64,000 nt of DNA. Origin: a virus. The position numbers were made by a program, and so were the translations under genes. Within the stretch, counting starts at the first letter, position 1; the number at the start of each line of letters is the position of its first letter. The stretch is from positions 35,939 through 99,938 of the IMG/VR virus record IMGVR_UViG_3300021519_000006; one strand, 5' to 3'. The notes below the pieces were generated by a model that was given only the letters and a program-made list of their open reading frames with translations, ran no database searches and was not told the DNA's origin. Of this stretch, positions 17,359-26,243 are shown piece by piece.

Positions 17359-17424
17359 CACCAACACAAACAAACACCCCCACAGCCGTGCTGGGTGTCC
17401 CGTACCAATAGAGAAAGGGTTACC

Positions 17425-17859
17425 ATGGCAGCAACCAAGGTAATTGCAACAACTTGGGATAAAGCACATTTACTCAAGAAGCTAAATGACACACTCAAGC
17501 GTATGGACGCAGAAATAGTTGCATGGGAAAAAGATAATGCAACTCTTGAAAAGCGTCAAGAAGCATGGGAGAAAAAAGCAGTTGCTTGGGCTCTTAAAAA
17601 CATGCCCAAATCAAAAGATACAGACGCAAGTATGTATCACAACCGATTCCAATTGAACATCTCGTTTGATCTTCAATTGGCTACGGATGCTTTAGGTGAA
17701 CGTCCTACTCAAGAACGTAAACCACAATACAAAGAAGGTCATTACTCTGAACTTAATGATTATGACCAAATTGAAAATGCTATTGCTTTGATTGAAGGCT
17801 CAACTGACACTGAGTTTAAAATCAATACCACATCAGTGTGGGCATCTTTCATTCGATAA
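17425..17859 (+). CDS. coiled-coil hypothetical protein (paralogue of 15777-16292)
   Basis: start reassigned to MAATK after AAAGGG SD. Confidence 0.75.
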   Translation: MAATKVIATTWDKAHLLKKLNDTLKRMDAEIVAWEKDNATLEKRQEAWEKKAVAWALKNMPKSKDTDASMYHNRFQLNISFDLQLATDALGERPTQERKPQYKEGHYSELNDYDQIENAIALIEGSTDTEFKINTTSVWASFIR

Positions 17860-17971
17860 CGCTTAACGCGGTTGGTTTCTATAGTTCTTCCTGAGGTAAA
17901 AGAACTCCTCACCTAAGCATGTGAAGGATAAACTGCTTACCAACACAAACACTCACAAAGGACAACAAACT

Positions 17972-18190
17972 ATGCTACAAACCTTTGGTAAATACATTCG
18001 AGACAAGTATGGAAACTTCGTGTGGAAAGAAACACAGGTTAAACCTCCGTCATTAGATAACTCAACAGCAAAATTACTATTCATTGTAGAAGCACAGCTG
18101 TTTCACGGCTGTACCCGCAAAGAAGCAATGATGCTGTGGGAAGACGGCATCGATACTCTATACAACACAATAAGTGAGGAGGAACTATGA
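17972..18190 (+). CDS. hypothetical protein
   Basis: AAGGA SD before ATG 17972. Confidence 0.6.
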   Translation: MLQTFGKYIRDKYGNFVWKETQVKPPSLDNSTAKLLFIVEAQLFHGCTRKEAMMLWEDGIDTLYNTISEEEL

Positions 18191-18324
18191 AACTATGGTT
18201 ACTGATCGGACTAACAACTAACATCATCTCTATTTGGACTGCGCTGTATTGGCGTGAACGATATTGGGATGCAGAGCGTATGCGAATGTATCTTCGCAAG
18301 TTAGATGCACGAAATGTTAAATAG
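18187..18324 (+). CDS. 45-aa membrane peptide (absent from track)
   Basis: MKLWLLIGLTTNIISIWTALYW...; GGAGG SD, ATGA overlap. Confidence 0.55.
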   Translation: MKLWLLIGLTTNIISIWTALYWRERYWDAERMRMYLRKLDARNVK

Positions 18325-18664
18325 TCTCAACAACCTATCTACATACAATCCAGACAACTTCAAGTGGCAAGATAATGCAGCGTGCAAAGACTTGCCCGTA
18401 AGTATGTTCTACTACGATCACAATGAACGTGGTCCCGACAGAGATTACAGGGAGCGTACCGCGCTTGCTGTATGCAATACCTGCCCAGTCAAGGCAGTGT
18501 GTCTACAAGACGCAATTGACAGAAACGATACACACTCTATACAGGGTGGAACTACTCCAGTGATGCGTGGGCACAAGCTTCGTAGTGTGCCTGAGTATCC
18601 TATTGAAGTAGTTAGAGTAGAAATGGAGGAAACAAATGCGACTACGACATCGCAAACTAGCTAA
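18305..18664 (+). CDS. whiB: WhiB-family transcription factor
   Basis: WQDNAAC...CNTCPVKAVC...IQGGTT. Confidence 0.88.
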   Translation: MHEMLNSLNNLSTYNPDNFKWQDNAACKDLPVSMFYYDHNERGPDRDYRERTALAVCNTCPVKAVCLQDAIDRNDTHSIQGGTTPVMRGHKLRSVPEYPIEVVRVEMEETNATTTSQTS

Positions 18665-18941
18665 GCTCATAGAACGCAAGATGGTTGAGGAAGAAATTGA
18701 ACTCAATGATCTAGAATCACAGCACAGTCGTGCATACCATACTGGTGTAATTGATGGATTAGGTCAAGCCCTATTCCTTATTGCACCGGAACGTGCACGA
18801 CGCAATCCAATCAGCATCGTATGGTTTGATGAAGACTACGATGTGCCCCAACACAAACAATCACGCCTACAAGAAATCGACAGAGAACAAAGTTTCGACG
18901 TCAACCATTCAGCTCTGTTTGACACATCCGAGGCACGTTAA
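18636..18941 (+). CDS. hypothetical protein
   Basis: 101-aa ORF with GGAGG SD. Confidence 0.65.
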   Translation: MRLRHRKLAKLIERKMVEEEIELNDLESQHSRAYHTGVIDGLGQALFLIAPERARRNPISIVWFDEDYDVPQHKQSRLQEIDREQSFDVNHSALFDTSEAR

Positions 18942-19633
18942 TGCGTGTCTATGACTATGTCACAGGTGAGTTATGGCTCAAAGGTGGACAAAAGAAAATA
19001 GAACGACCCCTATATACACGCGGTGCTAGGCTATTTCAACGAGCCGATCACATTGCCGTAGCCCTTGGTTGGGCTCAATCATACGATGTGGTGTTGTTTT
19101 ACCCAGATGGCACCACAACTATTCAATGTCAAGCCAATGGTCATTGGAATCCTTTATGGAGTCAAGGAGTTAGAGCAATTATCCGTGACTTCTCAGGCTT
19201 ACACGACGTACATCAACGTAAGAATAAATGGTACATAGTGGAAGCCAATCCATCACGCACGCCACCAAAGATTCAAGGTTGCAGAATGTGCAAACGCACA
19301 GGTTTGGTAGACGTACAGTGTTGGGGTCCGCGCAGTTGTTACAACAGCATACCGTGCGAAGACCATCCCACAGCAGTACTCGACCCTAAGAACCCTCACG
19401 CAAGATGGCATGAAGCAGAACAATGTGAGCACAATAAAACTGCTAGGCACATGATGTACAGAGCAGATAAGTGTTATTCCTGTAGCGGTATGGGAATGCG
19501 CGACTACGGTAGTAAATTAGTTTCTCTTCAATGGGATGGTTTCCCAGTCCGATTGAGAGAAGGCAAGGTAATAAAGCAAGAACCAACCGAACTAGAGAAG
19601 AGGATAGCAAACTATGTCAAACCCAACAGTTGA
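18941..19633 (+). CDS. hypothetical protein with DnaJ-like CxxCxxxG motifs
   Basis: CRMCKRTG and CYSCSGMG. Confidence 0.7.
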   Translation: MRVYDYVTGELWLKGGQKKIERPLYTRGARLFQRADHIAVALGWAQSYDVVLFYPDGTTTIQCQANGHWNPLWSQGVRAIIRDFSGLHDVHQRKNKWYIVEANPSRTPPKIQGCRMCKRTGLVDVQCWGPRSCYNSIPCEDHPTAVLDPKNPHARWHEAEQCEHNKTARHMMYRADKCYSCSGMGMRDYGSKLVSLQWDGFPVRLREGKVIKQEPTELEKRIANYVKPNS

Positions 19634-20120
19634 GTATGACAGTTCAGCAACAATAAACACAGGAGCCACAGCAGAACAACCAGTAACAGCACGAAGAATA
19701 CTGAGTAGCGGTGGTATCCCTGAGAACTTAGTAACAACTTCAAGAGCTAGTAAAAACTACAGAGATGCCGTGTTAGCAGACCTATTACTTAATGTTGAAC
19801 CTGGGCAACCAACTTCAACAATTGTTTTAGATACATTGCGAACTGCAGTCCGAGCATCACAAGATGGAAGCATTGACTTGCAGGTATACACCGAGTATCT
19901 TGCAGCTTTAGCCTTTGCTTGGGGTGACAAAGAACTAGCTGCCGTTACGATCATGCGTAGTAAGCCTGAGTATGCTGCAGTATCAACCCATACTATGAGC
20001 ATTGTATCTGCCATAACTAAACAGATGCCTAGCCCATTTTACTTAAGCTTGCTGGTATCGCAAGGGCCAGCAGCTTCAGACGCATGGTTACAAGAACAGT
20101 CTTCCCACTTCCCTAACTAA
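19614..20120 (+). CDS. DUF4192-like helical protein
   Basis: RDA.L...LAALAFAWGD.ELA......PEY. Confidence 0.55.
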   Translation: MSNPTVEYDSSATINTGATAEQPVTARRILSSGGIPENLVTTSRASKNYRDAVLADLLLNVEPGQPTSTIVLDTLRTAVRASQDGSIDLQVYTEYLAALAFAWGDKELAAVTIMRSKPEYAAVSTHTMSIVSAITKQMPSPFYLSLLVSQGPAASDAWLQEQSSHFPN

Positions 20121-20478
20121 CGCCAACACAAACAAACCAGCCTATTAGACGGTCAGCGGGAGCCATTTATGACGAAAACTGCCTTCCTAAGAACTGGTAT
20201 GTCGTTGGTAAATGCTGCAGAACACAGAGAAGTAGTCTGCAACATACTTGATCAAACCCAAGCCGGAAACAAGACGGCACCAGCACGCGTGGATGGTTAA
20301 ACGGGACCAGTTAGTCTCACCAACCGCCACCTGCCAGTCGGACCTGAGTCGCCCGTAGTTGCTAATGCATCCAGTCCCTGTACCACTTCCTACGTAATGT
20401 GTTCAACTCAGCCCCTAGAGGGCACGTCATATTGGCGTGCTCTCTAGGTTTACCTACTACAACAAAGGAGATAGACAT

Positions 20479-20733
20479 ATGTGTGAAGCATGTGAGAACA
20501 ACGACGATGAAGACTTCTCATCACAAGATTTTAATTTTAATAGTCTTAATGATGAAGAAAAAGAAGAGTTCTTTGAGTACCTCAGTAAGCAGATGAACCT
20601 CGTAATAAATAAAGCCGAATCACACGGCGTGTTGTTTGACCTAATTACGGAGTGGCCTCGAGGCAAGGTAGTAGCATTCGAGATGGCTACCGTATTAGAG
20701 AACCGCGTCTTAAATGACGACGATGAGGAGTAA
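20479..20733 (+). CDS. acidic hypothetical protein
   Basis: AAGGAG SD before ATG 20479; D/E-rich ends. Confidence 0.65.
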   Translation: MCEACENNDDEDFSSQDFNFNSLNDEEKEEFFEYLSKQMNLVINKAESHGVLFDLITEWPRGKVVAFEMATVLENRVLNDDDEE

Positions 20734-20830
20734 CTAAGTTTCCTCTGCGCAAGCAGAGGGATGCTACCGATAGTCGGTAGTAGTTGTCGCAAGACAACAA
20801 CGATTCCAATACCTAGAAGGGGTAAGTTAT

Positions 20831-22270
20831 ATGGATATCGCAATATTCACAGAGTCATACACACCAAGCATGGGGGCTAAGCGCCGTCAGGTGCTAATAA
20901 CTCCGCATGGTGACGATGTACGCATCTACTCACGTGAGACAGATGGGACCAAGGGTCCCCACAATAAGTGGGAAGAAACAGACTTCGATGGTCTCACTGG
21001 ACAGATTGACAGCGACGAGCAACTCACTCGTACGCCTGTTGCTGTGTACGTTACAGCGACAGATGAAGAAGCTATGACTGCTAAGGGCTATTCCCCAGTA
21101 CTCGGCACCAAAGCATGTCAAGCACATACCAAGGCTGCACTCAACGTAGATCCAAGTTCATTCTTGGAACGTGTGTGCGAGTTGTATGAGCAAGTTACAT
21201 CGCAAGATGTAGCGTTGAGTGAGTACATCATCGACAACCGTCGTGGTTCTGGTTCTACTGTGCCTTTGGTAACTATGCCAACACAAACAACTCCAGCCCC
21301 ACAACTAAACCAACACGTATTAGATAAGTTTGAAATTAAAATGGAATCTAATACTAACAACGGTTCGGTTATCATGGCGTCACTAGCATCAGTGCCACGC
21401 ATTGAGCTAGCCAAGCGCTATGTTCATCGTAAAGTCTTCGAAGTAGAAGACTTCAAGGTGTTCGATCATGCTCGTGCCAACAACATCAACGTACTTATTT
21501 ACGGCCCTACTGGTCCAGGTAAGACAACGTCTGTTGAAGCATGGGCTGCTGAGCGTGGCCTACGTATGGCTACCGTATCTGGTAATGCTTCTATGGAGCC
21601 AAGCCAGATGACTGGTAAGTTCGTATCCGATGGCAACGGTTCGTTTGCATGGATTGATGGCCCTGTTACTGACGTAGTCCGTAACGGTGGTGTCTTGCTT
21701 CTTGATGAGGTTAATTTCATCAGTCCTAAAATCTATACCGTCTTGTATTCCCTACTTGACGGACGTCGCATGATTACATTGCTTGATCATCATGGCGAGA
21801 CTATTGAGGCGCACAAAGACCTCACTATCTTCGCAACTATGAATCCGGATTACATCGGCACAACGTCGTTGAACTTCGCATTCCGCAATCGCTTCGACAT
21901 CCAAATCCCTTGGGATTACGATGACAAGGTTGAAGAGAAATTAGTTTCATCTAAGTCTCTTCGTGTCTTAGCGAAGCAATTACGTACTGAAGCAGCCAAG
22001 GGTCAGTACGAGACTCCAATCTCAACCAATATGTTGATGGAGTTCCACCATTTCGTAGACGCATTGGGTTATGAGTTCGCAGTTGAGAACTTCATCGCTC
22101 ACTTCTCTACGGATGAACAGCCAAGCGTTCGCTTGGTGTTTCAGACACACGAATACAATATCAAAGGTGACTTTGGTATTGAGATTCCTATGCCTGAACA
22201 AGCAGCAGAAGGACAGTCAATTGAAGAGAAGTTGACTGAGTGGGCTGGCAATCTTGCCGGTCAAGTATAA
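20831..22270 (+). CDS. MoxR/CbbQ/CobS-like AAA+ ATPase
   Basis: GPTGPGKT, WIDGP, LLLDEVN, ATMNPDY, FRNRF. Confidence 0.9.
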   Translation: MDIAIFTESYTPSMGAKRRQVLITPHGDDVRIYSRETDGTKGPHNKWEETDFDGLTGQIDSDEQLTRTPVAVYVTATDEEAMTAKGYSPVLGTKACQAHTKAALNVDPSSFLERVCELYEQVTSQDVALSEYIIDNRRGSGSTVPLVTMPTQTTPAPQLNQHVLDKFEIKMESNTNNGSVIMASLASVPRIELAKRYVHRKVFEVEDFKVFDHARANNINVLIYGPTGPGKTTSVEAWAAERGLRMATVSGNASMEPSQMTGKFVSDGNGSFAWIDGPVTDVVRNGGVLLLDEVNFISPKIYTVLYSLLDGRRMITLLDHHGETIEAHKDLTIFATMNPDYIGTTSLNFAFRNRFDIQIPWDYDDKVEEKLVSSKSLRVLAKQLRTEAAKGQYETPISTNMLMEFHHFVDALGYEFAVENFIAHFSTDEQPSVRLVFQTHEYNIKGDFGIEIPMPEQAAEGQSIEEKLTEWAGNLAGQV

Positions 22271-22282
22271 GAAAGGTAAACC

Positions 22283-24214
22283 ATGTATAACGAAGAGTTA
22301 GACGATGGTTATCGTTACAGGGAAGCCAGAGATGAAGAAGCACAAGAACGTGCTGTCCGACTCAATGCACTGTGCCGTGTTTACGAACAAGGTGACCGTG
22401 TATTAACTGGCGACCCAGTCATCGTAAATGTGATGCCGGATGGCCCCGCACCAGCGTGGTCAGACGGTGCCGCTATCTACATCAATCTTGATCAGATTGA
22501 GGACATGGACCTTGAGACATTAACTCAAGTTACTGGCCTCAACTATCATGAGTTAAGCCATCACTTGTACTCGCCCCGTAAGGGAACGACGTTCATGCAA
22601 TGGGTTATAGAAAATGGTCAGATTCAAGCTACAAATATTCTCGAAGATCAACGTATCGAAACATTATTTGTAGCACGCTATCCAGCTGTTGCTTCATACC
22701 TTACAGCCATGGTTTCTAGGTGGTTAGGTAAAGATGAAGATGGCATGCATGGTAACTACATCTGTATACGCGGACGTCGTTACCTACCTGTTGAGATTCG
22801 TCAAGCGTTCCGTGATGAGTTCGCTTTCCCAGATGTAATCCCAGCAGCTATTGACATCATCGATCAGTATCGTCTCTTAGCATTTCCTCGTGACTATGAC
22901 AAGGGCAAGGAACTGATTGAGCGATTCACCAATGAGGTACTGATTCCTATGGGCATCAAAGATGACCACACACATCAGGGTGGTCCCAATGGTTGCGGTC
23001 AACGCATGCCCGTAAGTAAGGGTCGACCTGAGCCCGGCAAAGCTCAAGAGAAAGACTCTGATCGTGCCAAGGGTATGGGTACAGCAGAAGCTCCGTGGTA
23101 TCCAAAACCTAAGCAAGCTCCAACACAAACACCCACCAACGACGCCGATAAACCAATTGGCAGCAATGATGATGGTGATGGTGATGGTGATGGTGATGAT
23201 CCATATAGCAAACCGTTACAACCTATTACTACAGAACAAGCACTAGATATACGCGACAAGGGTGTAGACCATACGCCAGCGTCTACCGCAGGTTCTGGTC
23301 ACGTTGATAGTCTCGGCGGTATTCCTAAGAATATCAATGACATGCTCAACGATGCTATTGATAATGTCCTTGCACGCAAGGATGTTCAAGCAGACATCAA
23401 AGCCAAGCAGAAAGTTATTGTTGGTGGAGATGGTAAGCATGATGACATTACTAAGAAGGGTAAGTTCGACAAGACTTCCGTTCCCAACGAATCCATCATT
23501 GCATACCGCAAATTCGCTCAAGAGTTACAACGTTTACGCGATGACATGGAACCTACGTGGGATAAAGAAACACCCACCGGTAGGCTTAATGTTCAACGTG
23601 TTATCCGAGGCTGTGAGATTGATGCAGCCTTCGATCGTTGGGATGAGGGCGACGATGGATGTGATATTGAGGCCGTCATCCTAGTGGATCGATCAGGATC
23701 AATGTCCAGTCAACAGAACGATAAGAAGGCTTCCATCGCCTGCTGGACTATCAAGCGTGCTCTTGAGTCAATTCAAGCGCCCGTTACTGTCTATGCCTTT
23801 GATGACGCAGCTGAGGTTGCTTACTCCCGCAAAGAGTTAGCAGACAAGACTCAGTACAAGTTCATCTACGGCAACGGCGGTACTGAACCATACCCAACAC
23901 TGTTAGTTGCAGAGCAGTTACTTATGTCTTCTCGCAAGAAGAACAAAATGCTGTTCATGGTAACTGATGGTGTGTTCGACTCCCAGAAAAATGATGTAAT
24001 TATTGAGCGTATCGGTAAGCGTGGCATTCTCACAGCCATGACGCTGATTATGACTGACAGTGATTACAAATACTATGTGGATGATCGAGGTCAAGATCCA
24101 AAGCAATTCCATCATAATGCTGAGGTTTTTGCTCGTATCAACAATGCCAGTGACTTACTGCCGTTTGCTAAGCAAGTAGTTACATCCGCAATCAAAAAGC
24201 GTGGAAGACGCTAA
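22283..24214 (+). CDS. VWA-domain protein with N-terminal HExxH (CobT-like partner of the AAA+)
   Basis: HELSH, NILEDQRIE, MIDAS DRSGSM, GGT, VTDG. Confidence 0.88.
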   Translation: MYNEELDDGYRYREARDEEAQERAVRLNALCRVYEQGDRVLTGDPVIVNVMPDGPAPAWSDGAAIYINLDQIEDMDLETLTQVTGLNYHELSHHLYSPRKGTTFMQWVIENGQIQATNILEDQRIETLFVARYPAVASYLTAMVSRWLGKDEDGMHGNYICIRGRRYLPVEIRQAFRDEFAFPDVIPAAIDIIDQYRLLAFPRDYDKGKELIERFTNEVLIPMGIKDDHTHQGGPNGCGQRMPVSKGRPEPGKAQEKDSDRAKGMGTAEAPWYPKPKQAPTQTPTNDADKPIGSNDDGDGDGDGDDPYSKPLQPITTEQALDIRDKGVDHTPASTAGSGHVDSLGGIPKNINDMLNDAIDNVLARKDVQADIKAKQKVIVGGDGKHDDITKKGKFDKTSVPNESIIAYRKFAQELQRLRDDMEPTWDKETPTGRLNVQRVIRGCEIDAAFDRWDEGDDGCDIEAVILVDRSGSMSSQQNDKKASIACWTIKRALESIQAPVTVYAFDDAAEVAYSRKELADKTQYKFIYGNGGTEPYPTLLVAEQLLMSSRKKNKMLFMVTDGVFDSQKNDVIIERIGKRGILTAMTLIMTDSDYKYYVDDRGQDPKQFHHNAEVFARINNASDLLPFAKQVVTSAIKKRGRR

Positions 24215-24245
24215 CCAACACAAACAAAGACAAAGGAGCAACAAA

Positions 24246-24437
24246 ATGTACGTTATATTCGATAGCTTAACAGAAACACTTATAGGCCCGTTCAATGATG
24301 AGGAAAGCGCAAGCATGTTCTTGCTATATGCCTCCGACGAATTGGCAGATGGTGGTGTAAACCTATCCGTTGAGTGCGTATCTGAGCCAGCTGAATGGGC
24401 CCAAGATAACGCCCCCGCACTAATGGCGTCGTTGTAA
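24246..24437 (+). CDS. small acidic hypothetical protein
   Basis: AAGGAG SD before ATG 24246. Confidence 0.6.
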   Translation: MYVIFDSLTETLIGPFNDEESASMFLLYASDELADGGVNLSVECVSEPAEWAQDNAPALMASL

Positions 24438-24783
24438 TGAGTAAGCAAGAGCTAAAGTACAGCGAAGAACTCTTGCGCATAGATATGGAACGTCTTGCTC
24501 AAGACAGAGTAAAAGCAAAAGCCTTATTAATCTCAAAAGGTGCCGACGATGTCTTAGAGATGTTAGGGCTGCAAGACGATGAGTTGTAGTCATTGCGGCT
24601 CCCCCATCTACGGCAAGTTTATAGAACTTCGCGTAGACAATGGTCTTAGGATTATTGAGTTTCACGATAACCCTAAGGAATGTTACATCAAAGAAGTTAG
24701 ATACAAACGTAGCTTTGACAAAGCTATACGACAAGAAATTGTGCTCAACGGTGGGTACATGGAAGACTAGAGGAGGAAACAAA

Positions 24784-25260
24784 ATGACAACAATAACTAG
24801 GAGAGAAGCGTGCGAATTAGTACGTGAATCTATTGGTAAAGAACAATTGCTTGAGGAAGACGTCAAGCGTATTATCTATGCTGTTAATAATGACCTACAA
24901 GTAAGAGATTTCTTAATGGGCATACCTATGCATTATTCAATGGTGGAATGCGCCACACTATTAAAGAACATAGTTGCTGTAGCGGATCCGCAAGAAGCGG
25001 TACCCTTTGCAGCAGTCCTTGCTGCGTACGCATATGAAATGGATGATCATCAAACTGTTAAAGACTCTATTTCATTCTCTATAAGTGTTAATCCTACATA
25101 TTCATTAACTCTCTTGTTAATGAGAGTAATAGCATCTGGTTGGCCTAAAGAAGCCTTTAAAAAGATGCGTGAAGAACTTCACCTTAAGGTTATGGCATCC
25201 TGCTATAGCCCAGAAGGTGATGAAGCTATCCCACTACAAAGTAAGGAGGAAAACAAATGA
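24784..25260 (+). CDS. DUF4192-like helical protein
   Basis: VRDFL...P.AAVLAA.AYE......NPTYSL..LL.R....GWP. Confidence 0.65.
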   Translation: MTTITRREACELVRESIGKEQLLEEDVKRIIYAVNNDLQVRDFLMGIPMHYSMVECATLLKNIVAVADPQEAVPFAAVLAAYAYEMDDHQTVKDSISFSISVNPTYSLTLLLMRVIASGWPKEAFKKMREELHLKVMASCYSPEGDEAIPLQSKEENK

Positions 25261-25417
25261 AAGGCGGTATATCACTAGCAGACATGCAAGAACTCAACGA
25301 TCTTATGAATCAATTCAATACATTTGAAGAGACTAAAGAAGCAGTTGAGTCTCGCTTCCCCGGCATCACAGCTATACGTACGGAAACCGGAATCTCTATA
25401 ACATCAGAGGAGGAATA

Positions 25418-25642
25418 ATGTCAACAATGTGCGAAGAATGCAGGTGCACAGTGTTTGGTGACGAAGCATGTGGCAATGGGTGTGGGTGTTGCGGAGGAGG
25501 TCCAAATACTGTAATCTGGAAATCCGTCGTAACAAAAGAAATGGTCGAGGGTTGGAGTGACGATGAGATTGAAATGCTCGTTACAGACCTAGACGATGCC
25601 GTCATGGCAACGTTACAAGACTATGAAGGACACGACCACTAA
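25418..25642 (+). CDS. Cys-rich/acidic hypothetical protein
   Basis: GGAGG SD; CEECRC...CGNGCGCC. Confidence 0.6.
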   Translation: MSTMCEECRCTVFGDEACGNGCGCCGGGPNTVIWKSVVTKEMVEGWSDDEIEMLVTDLDDAVMATLQDYEGHDH

Positions 25643-25671
25643 CCCACCAACACAAACAAGATCGGAGCACT

Positions 25672-25863
25672 ATGGCAGACGATCTAATCTATAAGGTTCG
25701 CATTGTGTACGAAGTGAGCCTAGCCAAATGGCGTATAGACGAAGATGATAACGACTGGTGTCTATGGGTCTTTGACAGGAATTTAGGAGAGTGGATCCCC
25801 ACCAATAAACTAAATAGACCTGGCGAAGATGTAGAAATTGTAGACATCAAGTTTATAAAGTAA
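25672..25863 (+). CDS. hypothetical protein
   Basis: GGAG SD. Confidence 0.55.
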   Translation: MADDLIYKVRIVYEVSLAKWRIDEDDNDWCLWVFDRNLGEWIPTNKLNRPGEDVEIVDIKFIK

Positions 25864-25976
25864 GGGAGGTGAAGCCTCCGGACGCACTCCGGAGGTCTCA
25901 TCAATGGCGTTAACTCTTAGTTCTAAAAGAGATTACGGCATAAGTATATCCCCTCAAATCAAAGAAAGGAACAACT

Positions 25977-26234
25977 ATGGCCATATGGGCAGTAGTTAAT
26001 ATAAAACTACGGGATAAACACATACGCAAACTCGTATCAGCACTAGAAGGTGCGGGTCTTGAGGTATCTATTACACCGGGTAAGAAGCACGTAAGGGTAA
26101 GAAACCCTGATACAGGCAAAATAGTCTTCTTCGGTAGCCAATCGTTGGGAGACTTTAGAGCTGCAAAAAATATCAAACGAGACCTAAAGATGGTAGGGTT
26201 TGACCTATCCGAACATGGAATCAAACTAGGATAA
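25977..26234 (+). CDS. HicA-like protein
   Basis: L..AG..V...GKKHVRV...G...A.KN..RDL. Confidence 0.65.
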   Translation: MAIWAVVNIKLRDKHIRKLVSALEGAGLEVSITPGKKHVRVRNPDTGKIVFFGSQSLGDFRAAKNIKRDLKMVGFDLSEHGIKLG

Positions 26235-26243
26235 GGAAACAAT

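Larger units (their letters stand above)
14000..25659 (+). repeat. dispersed direct repeat CCAACACAAAC (11 exact plus 1 one-mismatch copy)
   Basis: starts at 14000, 14861 (CCGACAC), 15446, 16369, 17361, 17940, 18848, 20123, 21278, 23120, 24215, 25647. Confidence 0.9.

Noticed and set aside
23168-23200. GATGGT microsatellite
   Set aside because: In-frame DG repeat in a disordered linker; a 6-nt unit cannot phase-shift the gene.
14000-25659. CRISPR array interpretation of the CCAACACAAAC repeats, given a Cas4-like gene
   Set aside because: Repeats are 11-13 nt, about 1 kb apart and often inside genes. The Cas4-like nuclease sits in the recombination block with no other cas genes.
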